A DNA stretch of 64,000 nucleotides from Hyaloraphidium curvatum SAG 235-1 (Eukaryota > Fungi > Monoblepharomycota): assembly GCA_025558095.1 (NCBI GenBank), contig JAIVFI010000023.1, forward strand, positions 372,001-436,000, read 5' to 3'. Positions 10,870 to 23,594 of the stretch are shown one piece after another. Every line of letters begins with the position of its first letter. Position 1 is the first letter of the stretch. Position numbers and translations under genes: made by a program. The notes under the pieces are model-generated. The model did no database searches and was not told the DNA's origin. It saw nothing but the letters and a program-made list of their open reading frames with translations.

Positions 10870-13440
10870 CTAGCGTTGCACACAGTACTTCTCAGCCGAA
10901 GCCACGCGGATGAAGTGGGATGCAAAGTTAGACCGACCGCAGATGTCTGTCGCGCCCAAGCGAATCTCGAAGAAAACGCAGTCCTCGTGTTCAATGAGCG
11001 TGTAGGAAAAGTCCCGACCGTAGCCGGTTGCGATCGCCGGATGCGCGTGACAGAGAGCGCCTTGGCAATGCCAGAGGTTCACGGTCCATTGAATGCTGAG
11101 GGGCCAACCGCGGGCGCTGAAAGCCCGCCCACGGAAAGTGACCACCGCCCCGACGTCGGAAATTTCCGGGGTCTGAAACTGCGGAAAGATGCGCACGGCG
11201 GGCAGGAAGGGCGACGTGGGACCACAGAGAAGTCGCGGCATGGCCCTGCAAGGACAGATCAGTGATGGGCGGCAGCTCAAAGGCAGATGACTTACCAGAT
11301 GAGGTTGGAGTTACGGAGTGCAACGGCACTAGCTCCCTGGTATTGGAACGGCACCGCACCCACTAGTCGCAGTGACGACACTCCCGTCACGTTGAGTGCG
11401 ATGGGGTGCGCCCCGTTCCTGTTCCTCAAGACTCCAATCTGCGCCGTCGTGTTGACCAGCAGCCGTCCGTCTCCAAAGACCAGGGCTTCGGCCCAACCGC
11501 GCCCGTTGCCCGAGTCATCGATCCCAACGAAAGCCTCGAATCTGGAGCAAAGACCTTTCAGGGGAATCACGACTGCGAATGGATGCCGTTGTATTCAGGA
11601 GCACTGTCAAAAATCGCTCGCAAGGCCACTCACTTTCCGAAGGCACCCTGGTGCCAAATCCTTTTGGAAAGCGATAGCCGCCGATGGTGATCGGGCGCCC
11701 GTCCATGGCATGCGCGCCGCCTACGTTGGAGTTGATCTCGATCGGCCCGAAGCCGTTCGATCGGAAATCGATATCGGCAAGCTCAGTTACGTCCTGCAGG
11801 ACGCTGAAGCCCGAATCCATCAGCTGGGGAATTACCGGCCCGCGTGTCGGGGAGCAGAAGGGATCGATTGTACGGGAAGCCCCGGTTGGAGCAACGCCTG
11901 CGGTGGTAGCGAACCCCAAGGAAGTCGTGCTTGTCTGTAGTCCGTTGCTCGAACGCTGCGCTGTCTGCAGGATTCGCGTGGTAGGCACAATGGGGCGCCT
12001 CGTGGTTGCAGAGGTCTTCGGCACCACTGAGGGGCCGGCAGAAATCCCGTTCCTGGTAGTCCGTCTCGTGGTACCGATCCGGCGCCCAGTTGTGGTCGGG
12101 ACGGCAACACGCGAGGAAACTGTCCCGGACGGAGGACTCCATGGTCCAATGCCGTCGCAGGCTGCCGCCGAATTCCACGAGAGCTGTCTGCAGCGAGATT
12201 ACGTGAGATCATGCCTCTTCGATGCTGAGCGACACCCACATCAGCCCCGAGTCAAGGCGCAACACATAGACCAGCCCGTCAGTACGACCTTTCTTGATGC
12301 GGGACACCCTCCTCATCGATCCGAAGCTTGTCGAATCCGCACTGGTGAACCCGCCACGCCAGGGTACGGTGCCGGACGTGCCTCTGACGTAGTCTGCAAA
12401 CAGGTAGCTGTTGCTGTACCGAGCTGGGAACTTGCTTCCGAAGAAGGTCCCGCCGCTGATGGAGGCACCGTTGCCGTTGTGCGGGTATTGGAACACAACA
12501 CGGGATGCGTCGAAGCCGGAGCAGCCATCCCTTCGTCGGCTGCGCCCTTCGAAGCACGGATAGCCGGCGTTTGTACCCCGGCTGACGTAGATGGCAGATT
12601 CAAAAGCACCGTCGCCCACGTGAAAGACGAGGAGGTCGCTTGTTCCGGGCACAAAGTCAAAAGTCCAAGGGTTGCGAAAGCCGTAGGCAAATACCCGGCA
12701 GCGGGGCGAATTCAGGGCGCCGCCGTTGCAGAATGGATTGTCGGCAAATCCCTGCCCGTTTGACCTGTTGATCCTCAGAATCTTGCCGGTGGATTGGTCG
12801 GACACATCTTGGGAAGCTGCGCCTCCAGTACTTTGATCGCCCGTCGCCACGAAGAGATTACCATCCGGGCCGAACCTTGACACGATCTAGGTCATCCACA
12901 AAAGATCTACGCAGCAAGCCGCGACACCACTTACTGCAGCGATACTGTCGTATGGAACTCCCTCGCCTGCGGCATGCACATGGACTGCCCGGCCGCGCAG
13001 TCTCCGACCAGCACAAGCTCCGACGAGCCGACGAAGCTGTTCCCGGAAACGTCGTACGTGAATCGCGACACCCGCTTCTGACCGGCAGCACCACCGCCGT
13101 TGGTAATGTAACCGAAGTAGACGTATGGCTGGGCCGGGAAGTCCGGGTCGACCGCGCACGACAGGAGGCCTCCTTCGCCATTGGCCCGGACTCTGCCCGA
13201 CACGTCCAGCACCCGCTTCTGGGCAACGGAGCCCGAAGTACCTATGAGCACGACGGTGCCTCTTTTCTCAACGACCAGAAGGCGCTCGTTGTCGAGCTGG
13301 CATATGTCGACGGGGTTGCTAAAGCCGCCCAGGTCGCGGGCCCGGAATCCGCATGGAAACTGCCCTCGAACGGGCGGAAACTGCTCAAAAAGAGCTAAAA
13401 TGAGCAGCAACTGCACGAGGAGGAATCGAAACGGGTCCAT
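10870..13440 (-). CDS. Secreted glucose/sorbosone (PQQ-type sugar) dehydrogenase beta-propeller + Thr/Pro linker + NPCBM/NEW2 module + C-terminal PKD-like domain
   Basis: Signal peptide MDPFRFLLVQLLLILALF; GSDH motifs LLVVEKRG, GEGGLL, FGPDGNLFVATGD, GKILRI and AYGFRNPW; NPCBM-like NGFGPIE..DGRPITIGG..KGFG..FEAFVGIDD; several GT-AG introns. Confidence 0.8.
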
Positions 13441-13793
13441 GGGGTGGCAGACCGGGGTCCCGGGGTCCGTTGATGAAACCCTTGTCGGACGGCGCTGAGG
13501 TCGCCAAGCCCGCGTCAGTCGCCAAGGAACGGCTCGCTTAGCCAAGGAAGCGACGTACCGAGGTTGATCACCTCCCTTCGGACGGTTCCCTGGTCGGCGG
13601 GTGTTCGGAATTGTAGGAGCAACGCGGGATTTGGTATGGTTGATCAAACTCCGACCGGAGTCCCCGAACGAAATCGGCATTTCGACTGCTACAATCGCGT
13701 TCAGCAACCAGTTGGAGCTTCTGAAAATGGCCCCTAAGGCTACGCCACTGACTTTCGCTCTGTATCGTACAGTCTGACCCCGACCCGCCGCGA

Positions 13794-15558
13794 TCATGAG
13801 TTGATGGTCTTGAAGATGTTGAAGCCATCCGCAGCCGTCGAAACCAGGAGACCTGGTATCTGCGGGTGCCAGTGCACCTCCTTCAGGTTGGTTTGACCCT
13901 ACGCAGGGGTCAGCTTCTTCGCGGTACCGGGAGCGAAAAGAACCCACCTGGTGAATGAACATGAGCTGCGGAGGCACATCGAGGCCGCCGAGAGCTTGCT
14001 GGCCGGTCCGTCCACCAAGCAGCTCCTTCTCTTCCTCGGGATCCCGCTCGACGGCCAGATCCCACAGCGTGACCTGGTCGTCGGCACCGCTGACGGCGAT
14101 CATCGAGTCTTCAAACGGATGCCACTCGACCGAAGTGACCTGCTCTTTGTGCCAACGGAACGAGGCGGCAGGCGTGGGCTTCGACGGAGTGGAAACAAAG
14201 GTCCGCATGTCCCAGACCGCGAAGCCGCCATCGTCCGCTCCCGAGGCCAGCAGGTAATCGACCGACCGGTTCCAGGAAATGGCGTTGATGTCCGACGAAT
14301 GCGCGCCGGCAACCGTAAGCTGCGCCTTTTTCCTGGTCCGCGTGTCCCAGATCCGAATCGACTGGTCAGCGGAGCACGAGGCGAACACCGTGGCCTCCGA
14401 CGGCGAAAACTGAATGTCCTCGACGGATGCGGTGTGTCCGACGTACGGCTGAGCATCGGTCGTGAAGGTCGGCGGGGTGGCCGTCGTCAGGTAGATCTTC
14501 GAAGCCGTGTCCCCCGTGAGCAGCTTGCCGATCTGGACCGGGCTCCAATCCATCGCGAAGCCCTCCGCGCCATGCTGTTTGACGGTGTTGACCAATTTGC
14601 CTTCGGCCTTCATGCCAGGTGTGTCCAGACTGGCAACCGTGTCGGAAAGATCCCAGATGTGGACCTTGCCCGTGTCCGCCCACGTCGCCACGATGTGCGA
14701 TGTAGGGTGGGCCATACGCCTGACCCTGTTCACGCCGCCGACGTGCGGAACGGCTTTGTACTCCAGGATGGGATCTTCATCCAGGTCTCCGTCGTCCGAC
14801 ATCTCATCTGCAGCGACATCACGTCAGCGAATTTGCCCAGGCCAACCAGTCGTGGATCCCCACCGTCGTCCTCTCCATCGTTCTCCTTATTACGGTGAAG
14901 CTGGGAAAGTTTCATGACATAAATCCGGTTGTCCTTGGCTTTGTCAGCCTGGGAGCCGGCAACCATGTACATCGAGACGGGGAACTGAAGCAGTGACCAC
15001 TGTAAGCACGGATTACAACGTTGCCGCGCCAAGCCATACCTGAGTCCTGGAAGCACCGAGGTTGTCCCTCAGAATATCAAAGCTCAGACACGGCCATTCG
15101 ACAGACAGAGGGTGCAGCATCACGTAGGTCGACATGTCGGCGACGAGCACCTCCCCCTCCCCGATTTCGCCGCCCGGCAAGAACGTTTCGGCATCCAAAT
15201 CCTGATCGTCGTCTTCGTCCTCCAAATCCGGGCGTTTCTTTTCCTTTCTAGGCTTCTTCTCCGTGCCTTTGCCCTCTGGGCGGGCGGGGTCGAGGTCCAT
15301 GGCCCCGGCGGGCTCCGCTCCGGCCTCGCTATCGTCCGACTCTTCATCATCCTCGTCGCTGCTGTCCTCGTCGATGACGACCTCCCCGGCATCTTGGTCC
15401 TCCTCGATAAAGTCCTCCCACGGGTCCTCATATTCCAGCTCGTCGGCCTCGTTGGCACTGACCGGACCCGGTGCCGCGGGGCCCTTTTTTGGGACATGGG
15501 CCTCAACGGCCTCTTCGGCATCGCCCTCGCCGTTCGACGTGCGTTTTTTGTTGCCCAT
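13794..15558 (-). CDS. RRB1: Ribosome biogenesis WD40 protein (RRB1/GRWD1)
   Basis: Acidic N-terminus; [45 protein letters not shown] and FNIFKTI. Confidence 0.93.
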
Positions 15559-15674
15559 TCTGCCGTCTCTGGGCGGCGGCCCGGAAGGTTGTTTTGTTTG
15601 CTTGGGCTACACACAATGAAATGGTGGTGTATACTGCCGCTCCTTGCCTTTCAACCGGCCAGATACAGGCCATC

Positions 15675-16574
15675 CTACTTCCGACCGCTTGTCTTCCGCC
15701 CCGTTGGACACAAGCCGGCCGCGTTCACTGGGCAATCGCCACATCGGGGTGAGATCGGCGAACAGATCGTCTGACCCAGCCCAACAAGGAGCGGGTTGAT
15801 CGGAGCCCAGCGATCGCGCGGAAGCCAGGATTCCAGCTCGAGCCGCGTGTCCTCAGGGGTGCTTTTGTCCGTGGTGTGCGTCCAGCCGAGGCGTCGGGCT
15901 ATCCTGTGAACATGGGTGTCGACGCCGATCCCGTGAGAAGATCCGAACGCACACTGCATGAACAAGTGTCCCATTTTGGGTCCGACGCCCGGGAACGCGA
16001 GAACGACGTCGAGGTCGTTGGGGATATCTGAGCAGTGCCGCTCGTGACAGATCCGCGCCACCTCTTTGATGAAGCGGGTCTTTCGATTGTGGAATCCGAC
16101 CTTCGATATGAGGGAATCAAGTTGCTGATCGCTCATAGCGAGTATGGCTTCCACGTCAAATGCACGGCCAGACTGAGAGCAGTGAGTCCTCAGGTTGGTC
16201 ATCGCCTGCGCCGTCACCGGGTCTTTCGTTTGCGACGATAGCATGAGTGCGACCAGAGTCTGGAATCTGAAGGCTTTTGGGTCGGCTGTAGAATCGCCAA
16301 GGCGCTCGCACCCCATCGAGTCGACGGGAGCGGGGTTCTCCTTCCGGAACTGGTCGATGATCGTCCACGTCTTTTCCCACAGAGGCGGAGGTTCCCGTGC
16401 TGCAGGAGGCAGCTTCGTTCGGGCCTTTTTGGCGGACCCGGGCGCCGAGATCGCTGGCTCAGGAGGTCCAGGAGCCGATTCCTGAGCCGTCGGACGCGTG
16501 TCGCCCTCGTACGCAATCGCGACGCTAGCCGTGGCGGACTTGCGTCCACGTTTCTTTCCCGCAACGGTCGCCAT
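15675..16574 (-). CDS. NTH1: Endonuclease III homologue (HhH-GPD DNA glycosylase with 4Fe-4S motif)
   Basis: APVDSMGCERL, LMLSSQTKD, HhH PGVGPKMG, GIGVDTHVHRI and C-terminal CSPISPRCGDCPVNAAGLCP; appears intronless. Confidence 0.95.
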   Translation of the reverse strand: MATVAGKKRGRKSATASVAIAYEGDTRPTAQESAPGPPEPAISAPGSAKKARTKLPPAAREPPPLWEKTWTIIDQFRKENPAPVDSMGCERLGDSTADPKAFRFQTLVALMLSSQTKDPVTAQAMTNLRTHCSQSGRAFDVEAILAMSDQQLDSLISKVGFHNRKTRFIKEVARICHERHCSDIPNDLDVVLAFPGVGPKMGHLFMQCAFGSSHGIGVDTHVHRIARRLGWTHTTDKSTPEDTRLELESWLPRDRWAPINPLLVGLGQTICSPISPRCGDCPVNAAGLCPTGRKTSGRK

Positions 16575-17141
16575 GGATGCTATTGATCCGGCTCGCTGGC
16601 GAAACATGCAGAGCACGCAGCGGCGCCGGCGCGTCGGCCGCGTCCGGGGGCCGCACCCATCACGCAGCGTCGTGCAAACAAAGAGGCCGAGGCAAAAGGC
16701 AGCCCCCAGGAACGCGCCGCGTCGCCCGCGCTGTCACGCATCGCGGCCAGCTCTGCTGACCTGCCACATCGTCGCCGCCGTGTTTGGGGTGCGGCGGCGA
16801 GCGGAGACGTGGGCCGCTGCATTGCCGTCCCTCCCGGCAAGCGCGCGACGCAGCGGATTCGCGCTGCCGATCGTTTCTGATCGTCGAAGTCGGGCTTTGG
16901 AGCTCTGATCCGCGAGTTCCGAGTGCCGCGAGGGCAGGGCGGCGCTCGAGGCGCGCGATCCGACTCGGAGTGCCTGTCGGCCTAGCGCTGGCTGCGTTCA
17001 TCACGCGCTGCGCCCAGCCGTGCAAGCTCAAACGTGCTGTAGCGGGTCAATCGTGTTTGGCTCCCGCGGGGACAGACGCTTTGGCATCGTGAATTGCGCT
17101 CTGGCCCGGCAGTTTTTCTTTTCTTCTACTTGAGGTCGACG

Positions 17142-20100
17142 ATGTCAAGGCCGGAGATCGTAGCTGTGGATGCCGAGCAGACGGGAGCTACGGCAACCAG
17201 CACGCCGCCAACTGCCGCCACGAACGGCAAAGCTTCAGGGGCGGCGGGGACTACCTGGGCCCAGCTCGCCAAAGGCGTCAAGCCAGCACCGGCCGCCGAG
17301 GGCAAAGCCGCTGGCTCGGTCGACGAAACCGCCCGGCCCTTGTCGCCGTTATCCCAAGATTCTACGAAGATTGCTAACGGAGTTGCCAATGGAGACGCCG
17401 GCAGGGCTGTCATCGTTGAAGACGCAGATGGTGGGCGTGTGTGACGCCACAAGCCCCTTTAGCGTTTGCCTGATCGATTTCTCAAGCTTCACCATCCGAC
17501 GGCAATGCATCGGCTTCGCCAAAGGCTGCTGGCCCCGCTCCTGCGTTTGTGCCGGCACCCCCGCCGGTAAATGTTTGGAAAGTGCGAATGCAACAGCAGC
17601 ACACTCCCGGGACTGTGCCTTCCGGGGAGGAAACGTCTCCTGGCTCTGCCCCGGTATCCTCTTTCCAGGAAGAGCTAGGAAGAGACGCGTTTTTTGGTCG
17701 CGCTTCGAAGTCGGATCCGTTGACGGTCTGGCCGGGCTTGGCAGATGCGGCGAGCTCCAACGGGCCCGCCCCATCTTCAGCTTCGGACCTCACGAGCAGT
17801 GTTTCCGTCGCGGCTTCAAAAGCTGTGGGTCTTTCGTTGGTTGTCTCACGGGAGCTACCCCCAATGACTCGTTCGACCACTCAGCTTCCCGGCTGGAAAG
17901 ACCCGTCTGCTTCGAAAAAGAAACAGTGGACACCGCTCGAAGTCGACATCAAGGTGAGAAACGCGTCTTATCCGTCGCAGGCATCGGATAATGTCATCAC
18001 CTTCCAGTACAAGGATCCCCCTGCTGCGGCGCAGTACAAGGATTCCCAAGTCAAGGGGAAAAGAACTGCCTCATTTGCCGTCTCCTCGCACTCGAGGCAG
18101 CGTTCCGAGAGCGGAGCACAGTCCGCCAATGCTGCGTCGGCCCTCTCCGACGGCGGATCGCAACCCGTCGCTGATCAATACGGCGAAGATCAGTATGCTT
18201 CCATGTCGAGGGCCCAAGCGGACGCCGGAATGCTTAATGACAGCACGATCACCGAGCACCATCACGTCGACGGCCACGAAGTCACCATCCGAAAGCTGGT
18301 CAGCCCTGCCGTGTTGGATGCAATCAGGGGCAACGGCGGATCACCTGGCGGTCAGGCCTCGGGGTCTTTCGAGGGGAGCAACGGTGAAGCTCTGTTGTCG
18401 TTTGCACGGAATTGTTCCTGATGGACGCGAATTGCAGACGGAGAAAGCCTCGATGAAGGGAATGAGATGAAGTTCCAGGCCACGGGCGACGGGTCTGCGG
18501 ATGTGAACCCCAACATCGGTTACTTCCACCGAGGCGGGCCGCAGTACCGAGGCAATCTCTTCCCTCCTCAACCTCCCCCGAACCATCGCGGTCGCACTTT
18601 CGCTCCCACTTTTTCGGCCAACCGTTCCGGAAGCAACCTCGGAGGCCCCGTACCCTCTGCCGCGTTTGGCGGCTCATCCTCCTCTTTTGGATCTCGGCGG
18701 AATCCGAACGGCCCCTTTGAAGGCGCTTCCAAGGGACAGTCTTCCAGCGCATTGCTTACGCCGGGACAGCCGACGAACCAGTCACGGCGGGCCGCTTCGC
18801 TGCCGCCGCGTTCCTCACCTGGAGGAGCTGCGCAGAACGGAGCAAAGGGAGCGGGCACAAACCCCAATCAAAGCATGACACCGGGCAGGAAGACCGCCGG
18901 GAACGGGAACTCGTCGTTCAGCCCCAGCGGTCGGGGCGGACAGTTCTCGGGGGCGGCGGGATCCGCCCCGTCCTCTCCCCAAGGATCCCCGAGCGCTCAG
19001 TTCTACAACACCTACAACAACTACTACTACCAGAACTCTTACGGCTACGGGGGATATCCGTACGGACAGGATTTCGCCGCGGCGTCCGCGTCGACGTACT
19101 TGGCCGATCCGAGCTGGTACTCGACGGCCGCGCTCACGTCGCAGCATGTGCTCATGTTCCTGAAGGCCCAGATCGAGTGGTATTTTTCTGTGGAGAATCT
19201 CGTGAAGGATCTGTATCTGCGCCGGAACATGGACGCCGCTGGCTGGATCGACGCCAAAGTCATCGGTCAGTTTCGGCGCATCGTGGGCTGGATGGAGCAC
19301 CTGCTAGTTCTCGAAAACCATCTCGAAGGACCAGCCGACGACCCGTGGACCCTTGACCGCCTCGTCGAATCGGTGGAGGGTAGCGAATTCGTCGAGGTCC
19401 TTGTGCGGGACGAGGATTCGGGATCCGGCCCGAAGTTCCGAAAGCGAGAGGATTGGGACAAGTGGCTTTTGCCTCAGCCTGCCGCGTCGACCGCAGAGTC
19501 TGACTACACGTTGACGAATCCGGAAGATGGCGCAGCCGACACGGGATCAGCGGCTCTGTCGGACGCAGCTGATGTTGCAATGCAGGAGGAGGCACCCGTC
19601 GCCTCGGATGAAGCCGTGCTGGCAACCCGTGGCGATTCAGGTCTCGGTGCCGCCGAAACGGGCGCTGATCTGGTGGTCAATGTGGAAGAAGCTGAGGCAC
19701 AAGTGCTCGTGGAGGAGGTGGCCTTTGTGTCGAAGGATCCGGGCCCGGCAGATGGTCGGCCGGTGGCGGCGAATGAGTCAGCAAAGGTGGCCGAAGAGGT
19801 CTTCCAGTCGAGCCTCGAGAACGCGTTCGTCGATCACGATACAGATGGCAAGCAACATGGTCGCGCTGATGCGGAGTTTGGAGGCGCGACGGACGGGCAG
19901 AGCATGCCGGATCAGGAAACACTGACGCCGAGAGAGCGGAAACTGGATGGCCCCGAGGCTACATCCGATGTCGTCGATGAGGGTGCTGAGGAGGGTTTTG
20001 CGTTCAACGGAGACAAGGGCGATCAGCCACCAGCCGACAAGGCGAGAACGAGCTGGGCTGCCGCCGTGTCAGCCAAACCAGCGGCAGAGGCTGCTGGTGT

Positions 20101-20506
20101 GCCGCCGACGGAGTTCTCGCCCTTGGAGCCAGTTTCGCCTTCTCCGGATGAGGGCGAAAAGACGCCGATCGAATCCGCAACGGATGCGAACGCAAACGGG
20201 ACGGCCGAATCGACGGCGGAGAACAGCGAGGACGAAGGGTGGCAAACGGTGAACACGAAGAAGACGAAAAAGGTCGAGAAAGGTTACAGCTCTTACCGCG
20301 GGAAACGGGGATCTGGATTTGGAATCAGGAGAGGCGGAAGCCGTCCTGCACCCCAAGTGGACACCACGGTTGCTGAGGACGACGATCGTTTCGAATGGAG
20401 GAAGCGCGGGACGCAAAAACGAAGGTCGCAGCAGCAGAGCCCACGGACTCTCGAAGCGTCGGCAAACGGATCCGACCTCGGCGATGTGGCGGCGCAGGAT
20501 GCGTGA
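17142..20506 (+). CDS. La-motif RNA-binding protein (LARP1/Sro9/Slf1-like)
   Basis: La motif LKAQIEWYFSVENLVKDLYLRRNMDAAGWI; PAPPPVNVWK and WTPLEV segments; two introns near 17431 and 18384. Confidence 0.85.
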
Positions 20507-20602
20507 GCGGGGTGGGGATTGCAACGGACCGTGCGACGGAGCTTTGCGCAGGGCGGAAGGTGGAACGTAGACTCAGCTCTTTCGGTCGGCATTTGTACAT
20601 CA

Positions 20603-23443
20603 TCAATCATCATCTACAATCGGATCCCCGTCATCACCGCCGTGTCCGAGTGACGCAAAGCTGTCTGCCGGCAATAGCGACACGGCCCCGACGCCCATCG
20701 GCAACCCACTCCCAGGCACGGCCGGCTCCTCAACCGATGCGGCTTCGGTACTTCCATCGACGCAACCAGCGTCATTGGCCATCTCGCGCTCATTGATAGC
20801 TTCGCCGGCTTTGACCCTCAGACCAAGCGAGAAGGTCGAGAAGGCTTCCATGAGATCACCCACGTCTGTGGACAGACTAGAGTGAGAACCAAAAATACGG
20901 AGCTCCAGCCTACTCACTCCTGAGATCGGGCCTAAAAGACTTATGCTGAGGCCGATGGGCCTGACTTTGGCCACGGGCAAGGATGCAGCAGTACGGAAGC
21001 ACTTCCAGCGCAAGTTCCATCTCCCTGCCCGGCCGCGCGACCACGTCGAAGCTTCTCCCCGCCGCAGTCACTGGCGCGTTCGTCCGCGCAAGTGTGGCGA
21101 GTAGCTCGGTTCGGTCCTTCAGATCGCGGGTCTTTTGCCAGAATTCCGGCTTGTGTAGAGTCCGTTGCCGATTCACGCCAACGAGTTCGGGAGGTGCGGG
21201 AGGTACAGGGACCTCGTGCGACCACATGAGCCCGCGCGTGGCGACAATACTGCCGTACACCCCCGCGACATCGGCATGGGCCCACTCCATGCGAAGAAAG
21301 CCATCCGCGTCCGAGAGGTAATCCGCTGCAGAAGAAAACTCCTCCGGCCCCTCGAAGAACGAAGGGTAGTTCTGCGACAGGTACAGGATCAAGCCGCTCG
21401 CAGGCAGACCCGAAGAGTCGATGACGTCTTCCGGAACGAAGGACATTTCCGCCATGCGAGGTGCTTGCGGGGGCGTTCCTGTTGCATTGGCATCGTCGGT
21501 TTTCCCTGGCAGATCGGGCATCAGATCATGTGAGCAGCGCCCGCGACCGCGCACGCACTTTTGTTGTAGAGAATCTTTCCCAAGGCGTGGAATAGGGGCA
21601 GCGTCGCTTCCCTTCCGGCCCCCACCTTGCCGCTGACGATCGATTCTGCTTCCTTTATCCGGTCTTCCTGCTTGCGGCGCGCGGTACCCTTGACCATTGC
21701 ATGTCGCGGGACACCGGAATCAAGCAAAGTCATGAACTGCAGCGCGTTGATCGCGCAACGGAGATCGCCCCCAGCCCGATTTGCCAGGGCATCGTACTCG
21801 ACGTCCTGAATGGTCCGCTTGATCCGCATTTTCTCCGACTCCGCCAAGCTCTTCAGCAGCTTGACGAGCAGGGTGTGCGCGACCGGGTTGAAATGGATCT
21901 CGGTGACGCAATCGCGAGGCAGCTGCATCCTCAGCTGGGGGGGCAGCACCGTGCGTGGCGTAATGACCGGGTCGCGATCGGAATCGTCCCAGCCGCTGCC
22001 GACGTCACTTGCGATGAGGATGATCGGAAAGCGAGATCTCGGGCTGGAAGCATAGTCCCGAAGGGCGCCGTAGAACGCGTCCCGCAGCTTCTTCGATGCC
22101 GCTATGTTGGGAAAATCCTCGATGATGATCACCTTCTTGGCGCCCGTACCTCCCGCGCCTTGGACCGTGCGTGGTGCTGCTTCAGCAGCATCCGTCCCAA
22201 AGAAAAGTGGAGCAAGCTCGTATTTGGCTGCCTGGCGAACAAACTCGGCAAAGCGAGATGCGAGCGATTCCGCCTCCGCGCTCCGAGCATCATCGACGAG
22301 CCCAGCGAAGAGCTGCCACTCGTTCTCGGGGTTGACCCATTCAGCAAGTGAGACCCCAAGCTGGTTGCAGAGCGCCCTGACAGTGGCCGTCTTGCCCGAC
22401 CCAGACGGGCCGGTGAGGAACAAAATGCGAGGCTTCTGTGCGGGCAAAACTTAGCGAGGGCGGACGGCACAGCGCACGAGGTCGCTCACCCTGCCGCTCT
22501 TGCCGATGCCGGACGTGGCTTCTTGCAGCCATGATTCGACATCCTCCACCTTCTTTTTGTTGACCGCAAGCGAAGCGGTGCTCAAAGGTCGATGCTTATC
22601 GACCCAAAGCTCCGTTTCCGGCGGCAAAGCCGGGCAGTCTACTTGGCTCCCCTGAGAGGATGCTATTCGAGCTGCACCCTGGGACAGGGGAACCAGAAAA
22701 GAGGAGATGTTCATGCTCTTCTTGCTGCCCTGCGTGGAACCAGAGCCGGATGCCGCCAGCTCCGCCGCCGTCCGAGAACTTTCCTTCTTGGCGGCAACGG
22801 GAGGGCGGGGCAGTAGACGTTTCGCCATCGTACCGCCGTCCGCGTCGGAAGAAAAGTCAAGCACCTCATCCGGAACGTCCAGCATGTCGTGCGACGGCTT
22901 CGCTCGCTTTCGCGACGCGCGGTCCTTTGCGTCCTTTGGAGCAGGCGACTTCGTCGACTGCTTCGGAAGCAATTTCCTCCGCTGACGTTTCTTCGTCCCC
23001 CCTTCATCGCCTGTCTCCGACGACGACGAATCCACGGGGATGACGTTGGTCGCCACGTCCGCCGTTCGTCCGGAGGAGGATGTCCGGCCGGCAGAGACAG
23101 CTTTCCGCCCGCTCTCCAAGTTCCGGTCGATGGTGGCCGACTGCCTCGGCTTGCTGGAGCGGCGATCGACGTGCACGTCGTCCGCGGATTCGTCGGATGA
23201 GGACAGCTCAAAGACAGACTTCCGTCGCGGCTTCTTGTTCGGGCGGTCTTCAAAGGTTGGGTCGTCCTCCGAATCGTCGATGAGTCGCCGCGCCGGGCGT
23301 GCTCCCCGGCTTGCTGCAGGTTTCGCATCGCCATCGTCCGATTCATCGGTCGAGTGAGCCCGCTTCTTTGTCGGCCTCTTCAACCTCCGAGGTGGTGAAC
23401 CGCCAGAGTCTGCCGCTTTGCCTCGGGGTTGACGCGGTCCCAT
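20603..23443 (-). CDS. RAD17: Checkpoint clamp loader Rad17/Rad24 (AAA+)
   Basis: LWVDKHRP..LAVNKKKV, Walker A GPSGSGKT, IIIEDFPN, GDLRCAINALQF and LFHALGKILYNK. Confidence 0.92.
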
Positions 23444-23594
23444 GGTGCGAAGGCGCGCACGCGCCGATGCCCTTCCAAGGCTCGGAACGCGGGCAAGCCT
23501 ACGCGTCCACCTGCGGCATCGCGCGGGAACAACGTACTGTCTGGATGGGGACCGCCGTACCGCGATCAAAACGTAACGCTGGCGGCGTTCGTTC

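Noticed and set aside
12931-14802. 623-aa ORF suggesting a WD40-dehydrogenase fusion
   Set aside because: Read-through of an RRB1 intron (donor 13947) and intergenic DNA; RRB1 has its own stop at 13794 and the dehydrogenase its own signal-peptide ATG at 13440
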